A stretch of DNA of 64,000 nucleotides from Lama glama (Eukaryota). Positions within the stretch are counted from its first letter, which is position 1; each line of letters starts with the position of its first letter. The notes below the pieces were generated by a model. The model did no database searches. It was not told the DNA's origin and worked only from the letters and a program-made list of their open reading frames with translations. Positions 14,073 through 29,135 of the stretch are shown here, in pieces. The position numbers and the translations under genes were made by a program. The stretch spans positions 18,230,001-18,294,000 of the forward strand of contig CM052817.1 of NCBI GenBank assembly GCA_028534125.1, written 5' to 3'.

Positions 14073-14344
14073 AGTACTGTATTATGATATCAGAAGTTTA
14101 TTTCTTTAAAATATTAGTTTGCCAAAAGAAACTTGTTAATGCCAGTTGCTTTCTTAACATTAAGAACAACATAATATTTTTTTTTATCATAAATTTAGGC
14201 TATAACAGTTTTCAAAGAGTAGAAGAGCTATTAAGGAATGAAATGCAAAGTAAATGTAAATGGTGTGTCTTATATCCAAGGTGTGACACAGCTGATTGTG
14301 AATCTGGCTGTATTTTGAAGTTTTCTCAGCATGCAGAGGAGAAG

Positions 14345-14610
14345 TGGAGGAGGAGCATAATGCTTAAGAGTTGGGGCTTTGAAGTCAGTAGATAGAGTTT
14401 TAAAATCCTGTCTCCGCTGCTTATTACTTCATGTGTGAATTTAGACAAGTTACTCATTCTCTCTGAGCCTCAGCTTCCTGATCTGTAAACCAAGATTATA
14501 ATACTACTTCTAAAACCTACTTCATAGGGCTGTTGAAAGAATGTCATGAGATAATTCATTTATCACAGTTACTGGAACTTACCAGGTGCTCATGAAATGT
14601 TAGCTTCTGC
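14345..14610 (+). mobile_element. MIR SINE
   Basis: gggctttgaagtcag...gacaagttactcattctctctgagcctcagcttcctgatctgtaaa...cctacttcatagggctgttg. Confidence 0.8.
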
Positions 14611-16249
14611 TGTATGAACGTGTCTCCACACGCACACTAATGCTTTATAATTAGAAATTAGCTTTTCCCCACAGTTCTTGGGTGATCTCACAAATCATCT
14701 TTAAAGGTTTTTAGGACAGCATATATTTATATTAAATATAACAGATGAAAACTGATATGGTGGCACTTCACTAAGCTTTTTGTATTTTGTATTTTTAGGC
14801 CTATAACATAATACAAGTATATGGCTAAGTACATTAGGTGCATTGGTTTTTATAAGATTCCCTTGTATGGATGAAATGTGCAAATAAATACGTATGTTTT
14901 AATCTTTTGAAGTTTCTCTTTCACACTGTTTGTGTCTCACATTTGCTTAAGGCAGGGATGGACTGGAAACACACAAATTCTCCTCTCATCCTTCTGTCAA
15001 ACGTAGCTGTAAACTGGCACCTTCTAACCTCCATTATGTCGTAGGTCTCTGTGATCCTCCTTTGGAGTCAAGGATTCTCTAATGTTGCTTTGAAATGTGG
15101 TATCGGGAAAACAGTATTTGTTTTTCACACAACTGTGGGGTAGCAGGTGGACACCATTAAAAACAAAACAAAACAAATTCTTGTCTTTAAAGAAGAAAAA
15201 AGTCAGTTATATATCCAGCTGATATTTAAATGGCAACTTTATGCTGGGCTACTGGAAACTTACAATAATATAATAGGAACATAAGATGTAATTAAGCAAA
15301 TAGTTACAAAATAAGGCAGTACATATGCTATTCCATTTGGTAGAAATAGTACTTACTATAGAAATTCAGCAGAAGGAGAGATCACTTTCGGTTGGAGTGT
15401 TTCTTCTGCTTACAACCTAGTTTGTACAACTGAGGATGTACCTATGCATGACTCATGAGTCTTTTTTAGAAGGCTGCTTTAGCTGGATGGCCACAGGAAT
15501 GCTAGTTTCTTTACCTCTCTGTTGCTGGCTATTTCTGGCCCTTCCTGTCTCTTCATTTTCCCCATTACTACAAATCCTGCTGCTGTTTAAAAGCTTTTTC
15601 TCTTTGGACCTAGTTATCATTTTTCATCTTTTTAAAATGCTGATCCAAAATAATTGTATGTTGGTGGGATTGACAATAGCAAGTAGGAAGGGGAAGAAAG
15701 GGAAGCTGTTCTGGTGTAGAATCAGGAACCTCATTCTCAGTTACAGAAATAGCCTTTTTGATGGCAGCCAGGGAGAGGGATGATGGAAGAGTTCTCATCT
15801 TGCCTCTGTTCTGTGAAAATCCATAAATGTGTGCCCCCTCATTTCCTGGAGATTTGGTTCTAGTTACTCTCCTGTCCCCAGTCTCCCCTGTCCCACACTG
15901 CTTCCTTTGCTCCAGAGCCCTGCTCCAGCTCTGAATCCCCTGACCCTTTGAAATCCTGCCCTTCAGGCTATTAGAGCCCCTTTTCAAGTCACTCCCGTGG
16001 TGAAGAACTGGCATAGCTCCAGTGGGCTATTACGTTACTACCTCCAGGCCTTCAGTAGGCCATGATGCATGCTTGATGTCTTTAGTGGAGTCCTGAATCC
16101 ATTAATGTAATTACCCACGACAGATTGTTCATATGTAATGTTTAACTATTGTATTACTATTAGTACTATATGCCTGGAAGGTTTGTTTCTGGGAGAAAAT
16201 GTGTTTCGAGTTTTAAAGTTAAATAGTGAGCTGTCATTTAAGTCAGGAG

Positions 16250-17410
16250 CCACTTATATTTGCAGTGATCTTGGGAGACAGAAGATTAGAATTCCGTGTT
16301 TAGCTGTCCTAGTTACTAGACATGTGTAACTACATGTGTGATTACATAGCCTCTCTTGGCCAAGGCTCTCGTGCAGACTGTAGAGATAATCGCTGTCTCT
16401 TCCGTGTGGTTATGGGGGTGTTAAATGAGAATGCATGTAAGTGTGTAATAAAGTGCAAAATCCTGTATCAAAGGAATGTGGCATTATAGTGTTAACTATT
16501 ACCAGGTTAGATAAAAGAGCTAGTTCCTGCCCTCTAGGAACTCACCATCCAGAGGGTAACACAGGCATGAACAGTTCCATTAGTGTATGTGGCAGATCTC
16601 ATGGCAGTTGTATATACATGTGATCAGGAGCACAAAGGAGAGCAACTGTATTCTGGAAATGGAAGGAATAGGGGAAACTTTGAGGAGGAGGGAACTCCTG
16701 ATCTGTCTTAAAGGCTAAGGAAGAGCACGCCTGGCCAAGAAAGAAGAAGGGAGAGCCATTCCAGGTGGAAGGAGGGGCATGGGGGAACATGACAGATTCG
16801 GAAAGCAGCGTACATGGCTGCAAGTGTGGAGCATAAACTATTTACTTGTAGTGCCTGATTCGATTATCAGGACCACTTACCCAACTCTGAAGAGGCAATG
16901 TTATTGCTCAGTGGTTAACAACTCAAGAAACGGGCTTGGTCTGAAACCTGGTTTGACTGTTTACTAATCTGTTTTATCTGATTAAGAACTTCACCTTCAT
17001 AAACTTACAGGTTCAATATGATGGTAAAAGTACCTACTTCACAGTGTCGTTACAGTGGTTGTTATAAATAACTTGCGAATCTCTCAGTGTTTAATAACAC
17101 ATAGTAAATTTTCAGGAGCAATTTTTTTTCTTTCCTGAAAGTTCTTAGAGTTAACTTTTCCCCTCTCAGTAATCTGTAATGTACTGTTACAGGTTAACAG
17201 TTCAGCAGTATTTTAAACACCACCTCTTGTTTATTATAATACAATCATTAAAAACAGAATTTGAATGAATTTTAAAGATGGTCTGGCTCAAAGTCATTAT
17301 TTTGTGTGTTGAGAAACTGAGTCACAGTTAAATAACCTGGTTGTGATACCATGGTGAGTTAGTGGCACAGCTGGGACTAGGATCAGGTCTATTTGCATTC
17401 TAGAGTTCTT
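16250..17410. mobile_element. Cluster of degenerate MIR and L2 fragments
   Basis: MIR-like pieces near 16250-16500 (+), 16890-17110 (+) and 17270-17410 (-); L2-like purine-rich piece near 16510-16830. Confidence 0.55.
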
Positions 17411-17794
17411 TCTATTGGTCTTGGAATAAATTGCCAAAAATCATCCAGAGACACTAACCTGTAGCGTTGGCCACAATTTCTGGCAGAAACAATGTAAGCT
17501 AACGATGTGAAGATAGACAATTCTGTAGCTTTGCAGATAGATAAAACATATTTTTAAAAGAAATGCCATATCCTTCTCTGCCTGCCCCTCTGGTGGACGT
17601 GCTGTTTAACAACAGCGCAAGTGAAAGAGCAGTGAGAGGCGGGTGATGAGAAACTGGATAATTCTTAAATGAATAACTCCTTTGCCATCAAGAATTTCTT
17701 ATACAAGCAAGTTCCTATTTCTCTTTATTTGGATCTCCTCTCTAAAATGTGGATATAGATTTTCATAACACACTTGTCAATTCAACATGGTCTT

Positions 17795-18190
17795 CTTCAT
17801 TTATTCAAGGGGGTCCAACAGATAATCTGTTGAGAGCCTTTTGTTTCCTAAGTTCTAGGGCTAGAATGGTGAGTGAGAAACTTATGCTTCAGTGCTATAA
17901 ACAGATGTTGCAGCAATAATCATACAGATAAATAATTATAATTAGTTAAATGCTATGCCTAAAAAGTATAGAGTGATATATGATTGTATAGCAATGTTTG
18001 TGAATACTCTTCGAGGAATTACAGTTTAAACTGAGATATGAAGGCTCAGTGAAGTAAATAGGCAGAGATGAGTCAGAGGGATGAGAAAAGGAAAGAGGAA
18101 ATAGCATGTGCAAAGGCCCTGAGGAAAGACATGGTATTATCTGTCCTATGAATTGAAAGATGATTATTGCATTTGGAGCAGAGAAAACTA
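17795..18190 (-). mobile_element. L2 fragment, antisense
   Basis: ttcatttattcaa start; ggaaatagcatgtgcaaaggccctgagg motif. Confidence 0.65.
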
Positions 18191-19559
18191 ATAGAAAATA
18201 CAGGTCCTGGTCATGAGAAGACAAGATATTTACTGACATCACTGAAGAAACCAAACAGCACAAGAAGTGAACCTCTCCCCAAAGTAAACTGTATGCTCTA
18301 TGTCGGAATTTTGTCGTTTTAAAGATTCATTATAAAGATAACTACTTTGGGGCCACTTTTATATTCTCTTTACTAGATACAGTAACACGAGAATTTGGGC
18401 ACTTTAAACATTTATTCTTTTTCGTTTGATTTTTCTTCCTTTCTATCCTGGCTCATTTGGAATTGACGGAATATTTTGATGTACTGTAGTGTTTAGATCA
18501 GCGACTTTTGCTGTTGATCAGTTGGGCAGCCATAGAAATGACAAAGAGAATCTTATCCTGTTTTCTTGGCTGAGCTTTCTGTGTGGGTGTGTGAGGTGCA
18601 GCTGCGCTGTTGGTTTCTTGGCAGTCAAGACAAGGCAATTCTCAATGCAGTTCATCTTGAATAGGAAGAAACTTAAGAGTAAAAAGACTGCTTTGAATGT
18701 ATTAATTTCAGTGGAAAGCACCCAGGGCCTAAACCTTTGGCTGATATTTATTCTAAGTTATTTGGCTAAATGGATACAGCAGCCTTAGGCACAGGTCCAA
18801 GCTGTGGCAGGAACACATGAAGGAGAGAGATCATAAAAAAAAAGCTTTGTCTCAGTGTAAAATTACCAGTTACCATATATAATTTAAAAATTAATCTTTG
18901 TTAATGCTTTATTTAAGCATTTTTTCTAAAGAGCACTTAATGAAAAATGCAGATTGTAAAAATCTGGCTTTGCATGCAAAAGTAAATTCATAATTTTCTG
19001 TAATTTATCAGAAAGATCTTATCTCAGATTTATCACAGATGGATTCTCAGATCTGCTTTTATATACTCACTTGTTTTCTTCACTCTCCTTTGGCCTCTTC
19101 TGTGCTCTGTAAGCTTTTTGTTTTTCCAAACCCTCAAATTAAATGCAGGCAATATGGAGCTCTTCTTTTTACAAGCCCACTTGCATCCTTCCCTTTGGAT
19201 AAACTCATCATTGTTCTTCGCATTCTTCATTCAGAAGTGTTTGAGTTGCTTCCGCATTGAACTGCTTGTTTTTATGTCTACTGTTATTTAATATTAGTGC
19301 TGTCAGACTTCATAGGATCAGGTCCTGAGGTCAGTTAGCCTGAGTTCAGATCCAGTCCTGCTGCTGACTGTCTTGGTCCTGTTAACTTCTTAGTTTCTCT
19401 TCTCCAAAATGAAGATAATCATGTTAGTTCTCATACCTTTTTTTTTTTTTTAAGGCTTAAAGGAAAAAATGCATATAAATGGCTTAATTCAAAATAAGTA
19501 TTCAGGAGAAGAGATGTTAGCTATTATTTATTTTATGATTTAGAGCCAGTCTTCTAGAA

Positions 19560-20525
19560 TCTGTTAATAGCTATTCTCAACTACTGGGTGATCTCATTCA
19601 GTCTAAAGACCATCTATACATATGACTCCTAATTTATATCTCTGTTCCTAACCTCACTCTTCCCTAAGCTCGGGACTTGAATATTTGACTGCTAGTGTAT
19701 ATTTACACTTAAATATCTAATACTTACTTCAAACAAAACGTCTAAAAACAGAACTTTCGATCTCTATCACCTGCCCCCACTTGCCTCCCCAGTCTGTACC
19801 TCCTCATTTTTTCCTATCTCAGTTAGCGGTACGACTCTCTGTGCTTTTTTGGGCTTTCCTTTAGCCACTAGCCCCCATCCATTACATTGACACATCTAAC
19901 AGCATTTTTCCCAGAATATGTCTTGAATCTGACCACTCGGCACCGTATCCTCTCCTAGCACTGTGGTTCAAGGCTGTCCCTTTTGCTGGGACAGTTATAG
20001 AAGGAATGTTCTCCTTTTATCTCTCTGTTTTCAGTCTTTTCTCCTACAATCCATTCTCCACATTGAATAGTGATATTTTAAAAACGTGAATTATTTACCC
20101 CTCCTTCGATTATTGAAATTAGAAAATACCCAGAATTTTTGAAAGTCTTCAGTGACCTGGCCCCTCTGAATACTTTCTATCCCACAAACATAGCTAGTTC
20201 ATTCCTTATCTTAAGGTTTTTACATGAGCTTTCCCCCCTGTTTGGATTACTTTTGCTTCTAAATTATCACAGTGTTGTCTCCTTGCAATTTTTAGGTCTC
20301 GGTTTAGATAACACTTCCTCAGAGAGGCTTACCCTGGCATCGTTCACTTCTTCCTTCTTTCGTTAATTGCCCCTCCCCACTCCCAAAATGATTTGTTTTA
20401 TGAGGACAAAGACTTTATCCATCTTGTTTACTGCCATATTCCCAGTGCTTAGAATGGAACCTGATACTTGAAAGGTTTACAGTATTACATAGATGGACGT
20501 CTAAACACAAGAATGAATGAATAAA
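19560..20525 (+). mobile_element. L2 3' fragment
   Basis: ctgggtgatctcattcagtc, gactcctaatttatatctct, ends cccagtgcttagaatggaacctgatac...gaatgaatgaat. Confidence 0.7.
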
Positions 20526-20906
20526 TATGCATCTCGTAAGTTTTCTACAACCAGGGAAATGATGGATTATTTCATCCTGTTCAAACTTTGCATAAATGCT
20601 TATGTTAGAATTAACCATGCTAATATTTTGTTCTCTTTTCCTTTATGTGTCTTCTCTGTTCTAGATTGTAAGCCCTTACGGGTAGGAGGTATGTCCCCAT
20701 TGTTCTTCCCTTCTCATCAAACGCTGAATATCATTTTACTACTTACTGTTGATTGAATTGAATTGAAAGTCAGTCTAACATCTTTATTTCCCCTGAAGTT
20801 ACAGTAATTGTATATGTGTGTGTGTATATAAATATAAATATATAATTTATACAAATTCTGTAAGCAGATGTCTTTAAAACATGTCTTATTCTGTTATCTT
20901 TTGCAG

Positions 20907-21018
20907 TTCATAATTGGACCCTTGAGGACACACTTCAGTGGTTGATAGAATTTGTTGAACTACCCCAATATGAGAAGAATTTTAGAGACAATAATGTCAA
21001 AGGAACAACGCTTCCCAG
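20907..21018 (+). CDS. STIM2: STIM2 coding exon (human exon 4 equivalent), SAM domain N-part
   Basis: ttgcag| acceptor and |gtgtgt donor; 112 nt; translates (V)HNWTLEDTLQWLIEFVELPQYEKNFRDNNVKGTTLP(R), recognisable STIM2 SAM; phase 1 to 2. Confidence 0.97.
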
Positions 21019-21736
21019 GTGTGTCTTTATTATCCAAATGTATTTTTCCTGCTCATGGAGAACTATGTACTAGATGTTACTTTTCAGTGCCAGATCTACA
21101 AGTTACTTCTGTGGTTAAGGGTGCAAAGAAAATACAAATATATCCACTCTTTAATATTTGTAAGGTTCTGAATTTACAAATTTTAATCTATTTTTCTTAT
21201 CTAAATAATCAGGCCTTTTAAAAAATTTATTCCCAAGGAAAGTAATTTTGAGACTTAGAAGGTGGGCATCTTTTTTAGGTAACAGCAAAGGTTCAACTTC
21301 TGGCCACATGGTAAGTGTAACAAAAACTTACTCATTTGATACAGATCTATTTGAAAAGACCTATTTGAATGGATTAATATACAGAGCCTTCTTAATTGGT
21401 ATTATTTTAATAACAATGATAACCACTTATATTAGTGACCGTTAGTTAAACCTCAAAGAAAAGAAGTTTAATAATTGTAAATAATTGCAAGCATTTTGAA
21501 ATGTGTATTGCATGGAAGTACTCTGTATTATCTCACTTAAGCTTCATGCTTAAAATGAAGCGTGCGTTGTTACTCCTATTTTACAGATTGGAAAAACCAA
21601 GTCAGAGAGAAGTTAAATGTTTTGCCTGAGGCAGCATTTGAATCCAGATAGAGCTGATACCTAGTATAGGATGCCAGTTTATTCCTTAAACTTCTGAAAT
21701 TAATTGTCACTGCTTTTCTAATGATGTTTTTAAAAT

Positions 21737-21780
21737 CTGTTAGTTAACCTAATAGTCCCTGTTAGTTAACCTAATAATCC
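21737..21780. repeat. 22-bp tandem duplication
   Basis: ctgttagttaacctaatagtcc followed by ctgttagttaacctaataatcc (1 mismatch). Confidence 0.9.
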
Positions 21781-23429
21781 TTATAGATTTGAATGTTAAA
21801 ATTTTTTATGATTCCACTGGAGCTTGAGCCTTATCTGATTGTTTATGTTCCATTATGTTCCTGGATTGTTTATTGTATCAGAAAAGACTCTAATCCTTTA
21901 TTACTATCTAATTATTAAATGGGTAATGTATTTCTAATCAATTTACCTACATATCCTATTTAACTAAGTGACTTTTATGGCTTTAAAGTTTGTATTTTGG
22001 ATCAAGTTGAAAGTTTTCATATCTCCTTAAATATATTCTGAACATCATGGTAGGTATTTCTGATTTTACTGTGCATATGACTATAATGATGAAGTTATGG
22101 AGATAAGAGTCAATTCAACAAGTACATATTGCGTATGTTTTATGTTTATGGTGCACCTAGATGCTGGAAGGAAGAAAAAAATTAAATGCGATAGTGTTCT
22201 TGCTTTTAAATATGACAAATCCCTAAGTTAAAACAACACAGGATAGTAGAGCATTAAAGTGGGATTAGGTTTGTTCAAGTTATATATGTTATCCTGGCAC
22301 TTCCAGTATTTTTCTTACATTGTCTTTTGAGAAGTTTCTTTATGTAACAACAACAGTGAAATAAAATAGGCTGCTTGATGTTTTGACAATAAATGTTATA
22401 GGCACTTTTCTTTTGGTTAAGTAAAGGTTATCACAGATAACCTCAAATTCTGGTAGAATTATTTAGATAACATCACACACTTAATGAAGATCAGTTTTAA
22501 GAATAGTGAACATGTTACTACAGAAGAAAAGCTACAAGTGTGGAAGTTCAGCTTTCAGGGCAGCCCATTGGAGCCTTTTCCAGTGGAGGCAGAGGGAGAC
22601 TGGAGTAGCCTTCATCAAGGCCTTTTTATGAGGGAATGGAAATTTAAAGAGGCAATGTCATTTAACTTAAACAACTGTGTAAGTCACAGAGCTTTTTCTA
22701 GGGTAACTGTAGATATATTAGCTACTTACAAGAATGTGAAAGAAAATGTGTTACACATTCCAAATGTACACATGCATTATTATGTTTCCTTTCTGTGACA
22801 TTAAAATATTGTTACACCTGCCAAAGGTAGCCAAAATTATGTTAGTTTTATGTCATGGTTATCTTTAAGCCTTTCACAGTGTGGTCTGTATTCTGTAATT
22901 CTTGTTTACCAGAGCTTATACTAAGGCTCTCTTCACCTGACACATGCCTCCTCAATCCTTACAGACTTGTGTGAACTTCACTGACATCCTCACCCACTCA
23001 GGTAGAATTGCTTCCACCTCTGGGCTCATATTAAACTTTGCATAAAATTCTGTTTTATAGTTTCCTTTTTACTACATCTCATTGTCTTCCTTAAATTTAG
23101 TCTACTGATTGTCTTGCTGTTCATTTGTGCATCCACCCTATGCATTCATTCGTCTATTATACAAACATTTATCAATTATCTACTTTTGCCAAGCACCATG
23201 CTAGGTTTGGGGACACAGAGATAAGACGTAGTTTTTGCCTTCAGGCAGTTTGACAGCTGAAAAATGTAACAGAAACATACATGAAAGGTTAATTGCAGAG
23301 ATGATGAAGGAAGGCATTTTTAAAAGGGAAGGTTAGAATTCTTTACTCTCTAAAGTTTTTTAGAAGCCTCATAGAAGTTTCTGTAACTTATTCTTGCTTA
23401 GAGTTCTGAAATCTTCCTAAATAAAATGT

Positions 23430-23640
23430 AGTGGGATCAGAGTACAGTCATTGGAATCATACATATTTGGATTTGAATCCCTGCCATACTTCTTACTGTA
23501 TTATGTAACCTTGGGGAAGTTACTTAGCCTCTCACTACCTTAGTTTCCTCATCTGTAAAATGGCAATTTTATATATATTGTATATTTTGTTTTGAATTTT
23601 AACTGAGCTCTTGGCATAGGATCCAGCCATAAGTACATGC
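23430..23640 (+). mobile_element. MIR SINE
   Basis: ggatttgaatccctgcc...gtaaccttggggaagttacttagcctctc...cttagtttcctcatctgtaaaatgg. Confidence 0.8.
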
Positions 23641-24376
23641 TTGTTTTTATTGTCGTTGTTATTAACAATTATTATTATTACACTTTGTGTCATAAAATCC
23701 TTATTAGCATCATACTTGGTTGTTAAGAAATCTTTGTTGATTACTGGGCTACTTGGATTTGAAGTCCAAAACAAAGTGATTTTACTTCCTTATTTCACCT
23801 GTGTCTTTTGGCACCCTGCATATTTTCTTCATTGCTAATTAAATGGTTTAATACTTCTTATTACGTAAATCCCTCAATTTACTCTCCCGTCCAGAGAAGA
23901 CTTTCTGCTTTCATTTATGACCTCAGGGGAATTTAATTTTTAAATGGTTTAAATATTAGAATGTACAGGTATAAGTTGTTTGAGATATTTATTTAAAAAG
24001 TGAGATGATCTAAATTGAGATTGATTTTTAAAAGTCTGCTATTAAGTAAATTACTTACAATTTTCTTTTTGTTTATGAAATGATAGTAAAATGCCAGAGG
24101 TAATTAATGATTATAAAATACTTTGAATTTGGTAAATTTCTAAATCATAGTAAGTTAGAGTGTAAAGTAACCTTAGGAAACAAAAACATCAGTATAGCAA
24201 CTAAATTATTAACATGCAGGAGTGTCCACAGCAGAGTTTGCATTGAAAAGGTTTGATACATGTAATAAAGTGTTAAATCACACATGGATGAGCTCATATT
24301 CATCACTAATATGTAAACTGTGTTAAATATGTTGCTCAAATATTTAAATTTGCATACTAGAAATATTTTCATTTAA

Positions 24377-24520
<144 letters not shown>

Positions 24521-26690
24521 TAGTATTCTCTCTTACAAGTTATGACGCAAAAGAATAATCAGATCATCTACTTATCATTTAAAGAAGAAAAAAGTAAGAA
24601 AGGTGGTTATGGACTACTGAGAAGAATCTTCTGTTAGATATAAAAGATGTAATATTATCTTCAAAGAGTTATAGTGTGAGATTTTCTGTCATTGAAATAT
24701 GGAATGTGGAATTTTCAAAGCTGGTTACTGATGTAAAAAGTTGAAAAACCATGTTGATAACTCAGAATTAAATTTCTAGATTAAAAACTCTTTAAGTAGC
24801 TTTCATGTTGATGTTATTATAACTGGAGATTCACTAAAGAGTCCCTTTAAAAAATGGTGCAGTCTAAAACCATCTTGAGGACATGAGGTAATAAATCCTA
24901 ACTTGACTTCATTAATTACTAGGAAAAGGATTTTTTTTTGATATAGATCGAGAACAGAGGCCTGCTTAAAACTGTACAAAGTAGCAGACTGTCCTGGCAG
25001 AACACAAGGAGGAGAATGTTATTTGATTGTTTTGAAGAACATTTAAGAAATTGCTATGTCATATTTATAAGGAAAATAGACCTTGTACTTGTTTACTTTG
25101 ACAAGAATACTTTATTCCCAGAAGGGAAATTTAATATATTTATTTCATTTAACTTCAAATTTCAGAAAGCTTTGGGGGAAAATGTTTGAGGAGTACACAA
25201 TTTAGAGGAATAATGTTTTATTTTTCAGAAGCTCAAAAGGAATAACAAAATTAATCTAAGGAAAATGGCTTGTAAAAATTATAAATTAGGAAACTAATGT
25301 TTATTTTATTTTAATTCTTGGCATCAAGAGACTTGCAGATTCCTGTGATACTGTTCTGGGGGTGCCCCGGCCTAAGAAGGGTGACTGGAGTGGTTGGATG
25401 GATTCCATGACTTTACTGGAGTAGATCTTTTTTGGCTCAGGCTAAAAGAGCAGCTGATGAAACAGCTGGAACTCCCCTTTGTGAGAGTTAGTGCAAATGC
25501 ACTGTTGGTAGAAATTACAAACCCTAGGAAATAGAACACTGTTGAAATGCCAGGCATTCTACAGAGCTGATACCCCTTCTAACCTTTTCCTTGTCCTAAG
25601 TTTTCAGTTGAATCTATTGGGGATTGTCTTCTGTGAGATTCTGTCTAGTTTTTTCATGTGAATGATTGGTGAAAATAGAAATTAAACGATAGAATTTGTC
25701 TCTACATACAAGTTGATCAGGAATATTTATATTTTATTAATTCAAGAACAAACCACCCTCTACGACAAACAGTATTATCATTTGAAAAGAAACAAAACTA
25801 GTCTCGAAGAATGTTGAAAACAAATGTTTTAATAAACAACCAGTTAAAAAGTTAATGATGCATTATATTTTAAATGTGTTTGTCTTAGAATTATTGTTTG
25901 AATGAATGAGCCCTACAGTTGGAACACCCACGTTAGATTTATAAAAATGGCATTGTCAAGTGAACAGAGATACATTTTAAAGGAGTTCTCACTGAAATCT
26001 TTTCCAGTTTGTGGTACTTATTATACAGTCTGGGACTTGTCCATCTGTTTGTTGTTATTTCTGGTGATTATAGTTCAGCCTGAACAAGGCTCATATTTGA
26101 ACTAGAGCCTGCACTGAACCTCTCAGTCAGAGGCAGAATAAAAATAAATCCTTTTGAAACGTTAACCTTCTGCTAAAGAGTGAAGAGTGAATCCTTTTCG
26201 CTGTAGATGAGGGCGTGCACTCTGGAAACATGCAACCTTGAGGGTCTGTGGCATAGAGCAGGCTATTTATCACACTGTGTGAAACATACACTAACCCTAG
26301 ATTTGTAAGCATGGGAACTTTTCATTTCTGTAGACTCTTCACCTCATCAAATGTGCAAAACGTCTTCCTGCTGGAGGCCTGGACGGTCTGGCAGTTTTTC
26401 ACCAAAAAACTAAATCTCTTTGCAGCAAACATACATTGTATTGTGTTAGTTATTGTGTCTCCCTCCACAGAGCCCCTCAGTCAGGGATAGACTAGGAAAT
26501 TATTTGCTGATTTTTGTGTTTTGTGTCACTGAAGACAGTAGGCCCTGGTTCCTTGCTCCTTACTGTAGAAAGTGCTGGGGGCCACGGTCATGCCTGGTGC
26601 CTTAGGGAAGGCGATCCTGTTGTTTCTCTAGTAACCCAGGTCTCTCTGGCAGGTTGCCACCTAAAACAGTACTTGTTAGGATCATTCAAC

Positions 26691-26938
26691 CCATGGTTTC
26701 TCAACCATGGCACTATTCACAGTCTGGGCTGGATCATTCCTGGATAATTCTTTTGTTACCGCAAAAGAGGGGGCAGGACAGAGATTGTCCTGTGCATTAT
26801 TGGATGCTTAGCAAGATCCCTGGCCTCTACCTACTAGACACCAGAAACGAACACCCCCACTTGCACCTCCCAGTAGTGACGAGCAAAACTGTCACCTGTC
26901 TGCTGGGGAAAATAATCCCCTTCGGCTGAGAATCCCTA
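26691..26938 (+). mobile_element. MER20 (hAT-Charlie non-autonomous DNA transposon)
   Basis: ggtttctcaaccatggcactatt...gtcctgtgcattattggatgcttagcaagatccctggcctctacctactaga...ggctgagaatccct; degenerate terminal inverted repeats. Confidence 0.85.
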
Positions 26939-27429
26939 ATTAGTCACAGTTACATGGCTACCTGCTTTGGGGAAATGCTTTTTCGTGAATGATTAGGATT
27001 TCAGTTTGTTTATCAAAGCATGACAGCTGCCTAACTTGACTGAAGGAAAGGAATTGGAATGATAATGGTGATACTCCATGACTCACTCTTTTCACCCCAC
27101 AGGGGGCCATTCTCACTATATATACACGATGGGAGACGCTGTGGCTCTTTTAGTGGTCCCTAGGACTTTTGTTACTGCCTCCTGTACCAGCGGGGCATGG
27201 TGCATCCATGTGGGTTTATTTCTGCCCTCCTGTAGGTCTGGTATATCAGGCAGTTATAATAAGCATATTGATTCTTTGAAGAAAGAATTTTTTAAAAGGC
27301 TTGAGCTTGTATATGGATGGGACATCTTCATATTTTGTTCTGTTTTGTTTTTAGATATCTCCTACATTTTTTTTTGTAAAGTGCCTCTGTGTGTTGATTT
27401 TTTAAAATCATACTTAAAGATTAATTTAA

Positions 27430-27630
<201 letters not shown>

Positions 27631-28071
27631 TGAGTAGATAAAAAAAGGCTGTAAGTCTTGTTATTTATGTGGGAAAGTGCAGTTTGTGAATATGTAATAT
27701 GGGCATGTGCTTATACACTTAGGTTGGTACACACATCAGGAATTGTATGTACACTGCATTTCATATTTTTAGAAAAGTGTCGCATTGTCATAATTACAGA
27801 TTTATTCTAAAGGAATGTACTAGGGAATAAATGGGAAGACCAGTGGAAATAAATCACCTATAGGTAGAATTATATGTATAGTTAAATTTTATTTTTAACA
27901 TGATTTAAATCATTATAAATTTCTTAACTCTCCCTGCTATCCCTTTGTTTTTAGCTCAAGATAACCAAAATAGCTATGTAGCAGGCCACCTGATGTTTTT
28001 GTTGTCCAAACTTCAGATTAATAATAGAAAATGCTGTGAATTCTGATTGAAACATGTATCTTATTGCTTGA

Positions 28072-28338
<267 letters not shown>

Positions 28339-28848
28339 TAAAAAAGTGTTTGTGAGGATATTGTTTTGCCACTCTGAGGAGCTTTTTTGTTTTTGTTCAA
28401 ACTCCTACATTTGGTTCCACCATATACTCTTCCTTAGTTAGTAAAGGAGTCATTTGTTCATATTGTTAGCATTGGTCAAGGTCCATATAACAAAATAATG
28501 AAGTACCAACTAAAAGGTAAAGCTTCCATCATGTTCACTTCACTCATGAAGTGTTATCCCATGCCATGTTAATTGTTTTGAGTAAATTTAAAGTATTTAT
28601 TTAACGTCTGTCATATGTTTCAGACTATATCTAATGTTAAGAATCTCTATTAAACATCATTTGAATCCTGTTAAATGGTTTTAGAACATAATCTACAAAT
28701 TCTGAAGTTGTCTAAAAGGTGTCCTTTCCCAGGATCTGCTTCTGCTATGCATTTACTCAAGAAGGAATTCAGGCATTGCGTGGTCCTTCAGAAAAGGCAG
28801 GGGCTGGGGGAAGGCATCCTGGGAGAATTACAGGCAATTATAGACAGG

Positions 28849-29135
28849 TGTATTAGTTTTCTAATCCTGCTATAAACAATTACCACCAACTTAGCGGCTT
28901 AAAACAACACACATTTATTATGTTACAGTTCTCAAAGTCAGAGTCTAAAATAGGCCTGCAGGGCTGCCTTCCTTGTGCAGACATGAGGGGAGGATCTGTT
29001 TCCTTGCCTTTTCTAACTTCTAGAGGCTGCCTGCATTTCTTGGCTGATGACCCCTTCCTTCATTTTCAAAGCATGTCACTCCAACCTCTGCTTCCATGGT
29101 CTAATCCTCTGCTTCTGACTTTGACCCTTTCTTTA
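28849..29135 (-). mobile_element. MLT1 (MaLR) LTR fragment
   Basis: tgtattagttttcta...aattaccaccaacttagcggcttaaaacaacacacatttatta...gatctgtttccttgccttttctaacttctagaggctgcc. Confidence 0.85.

Noticed and set aside
25385..25534. 49-codon protein-looking open frame (LEWLDGFHDFTG...LKEQLMKQLELP...)
   Set aside because: No recognisable homology and no convincing splice sites; the length is expected by chance.
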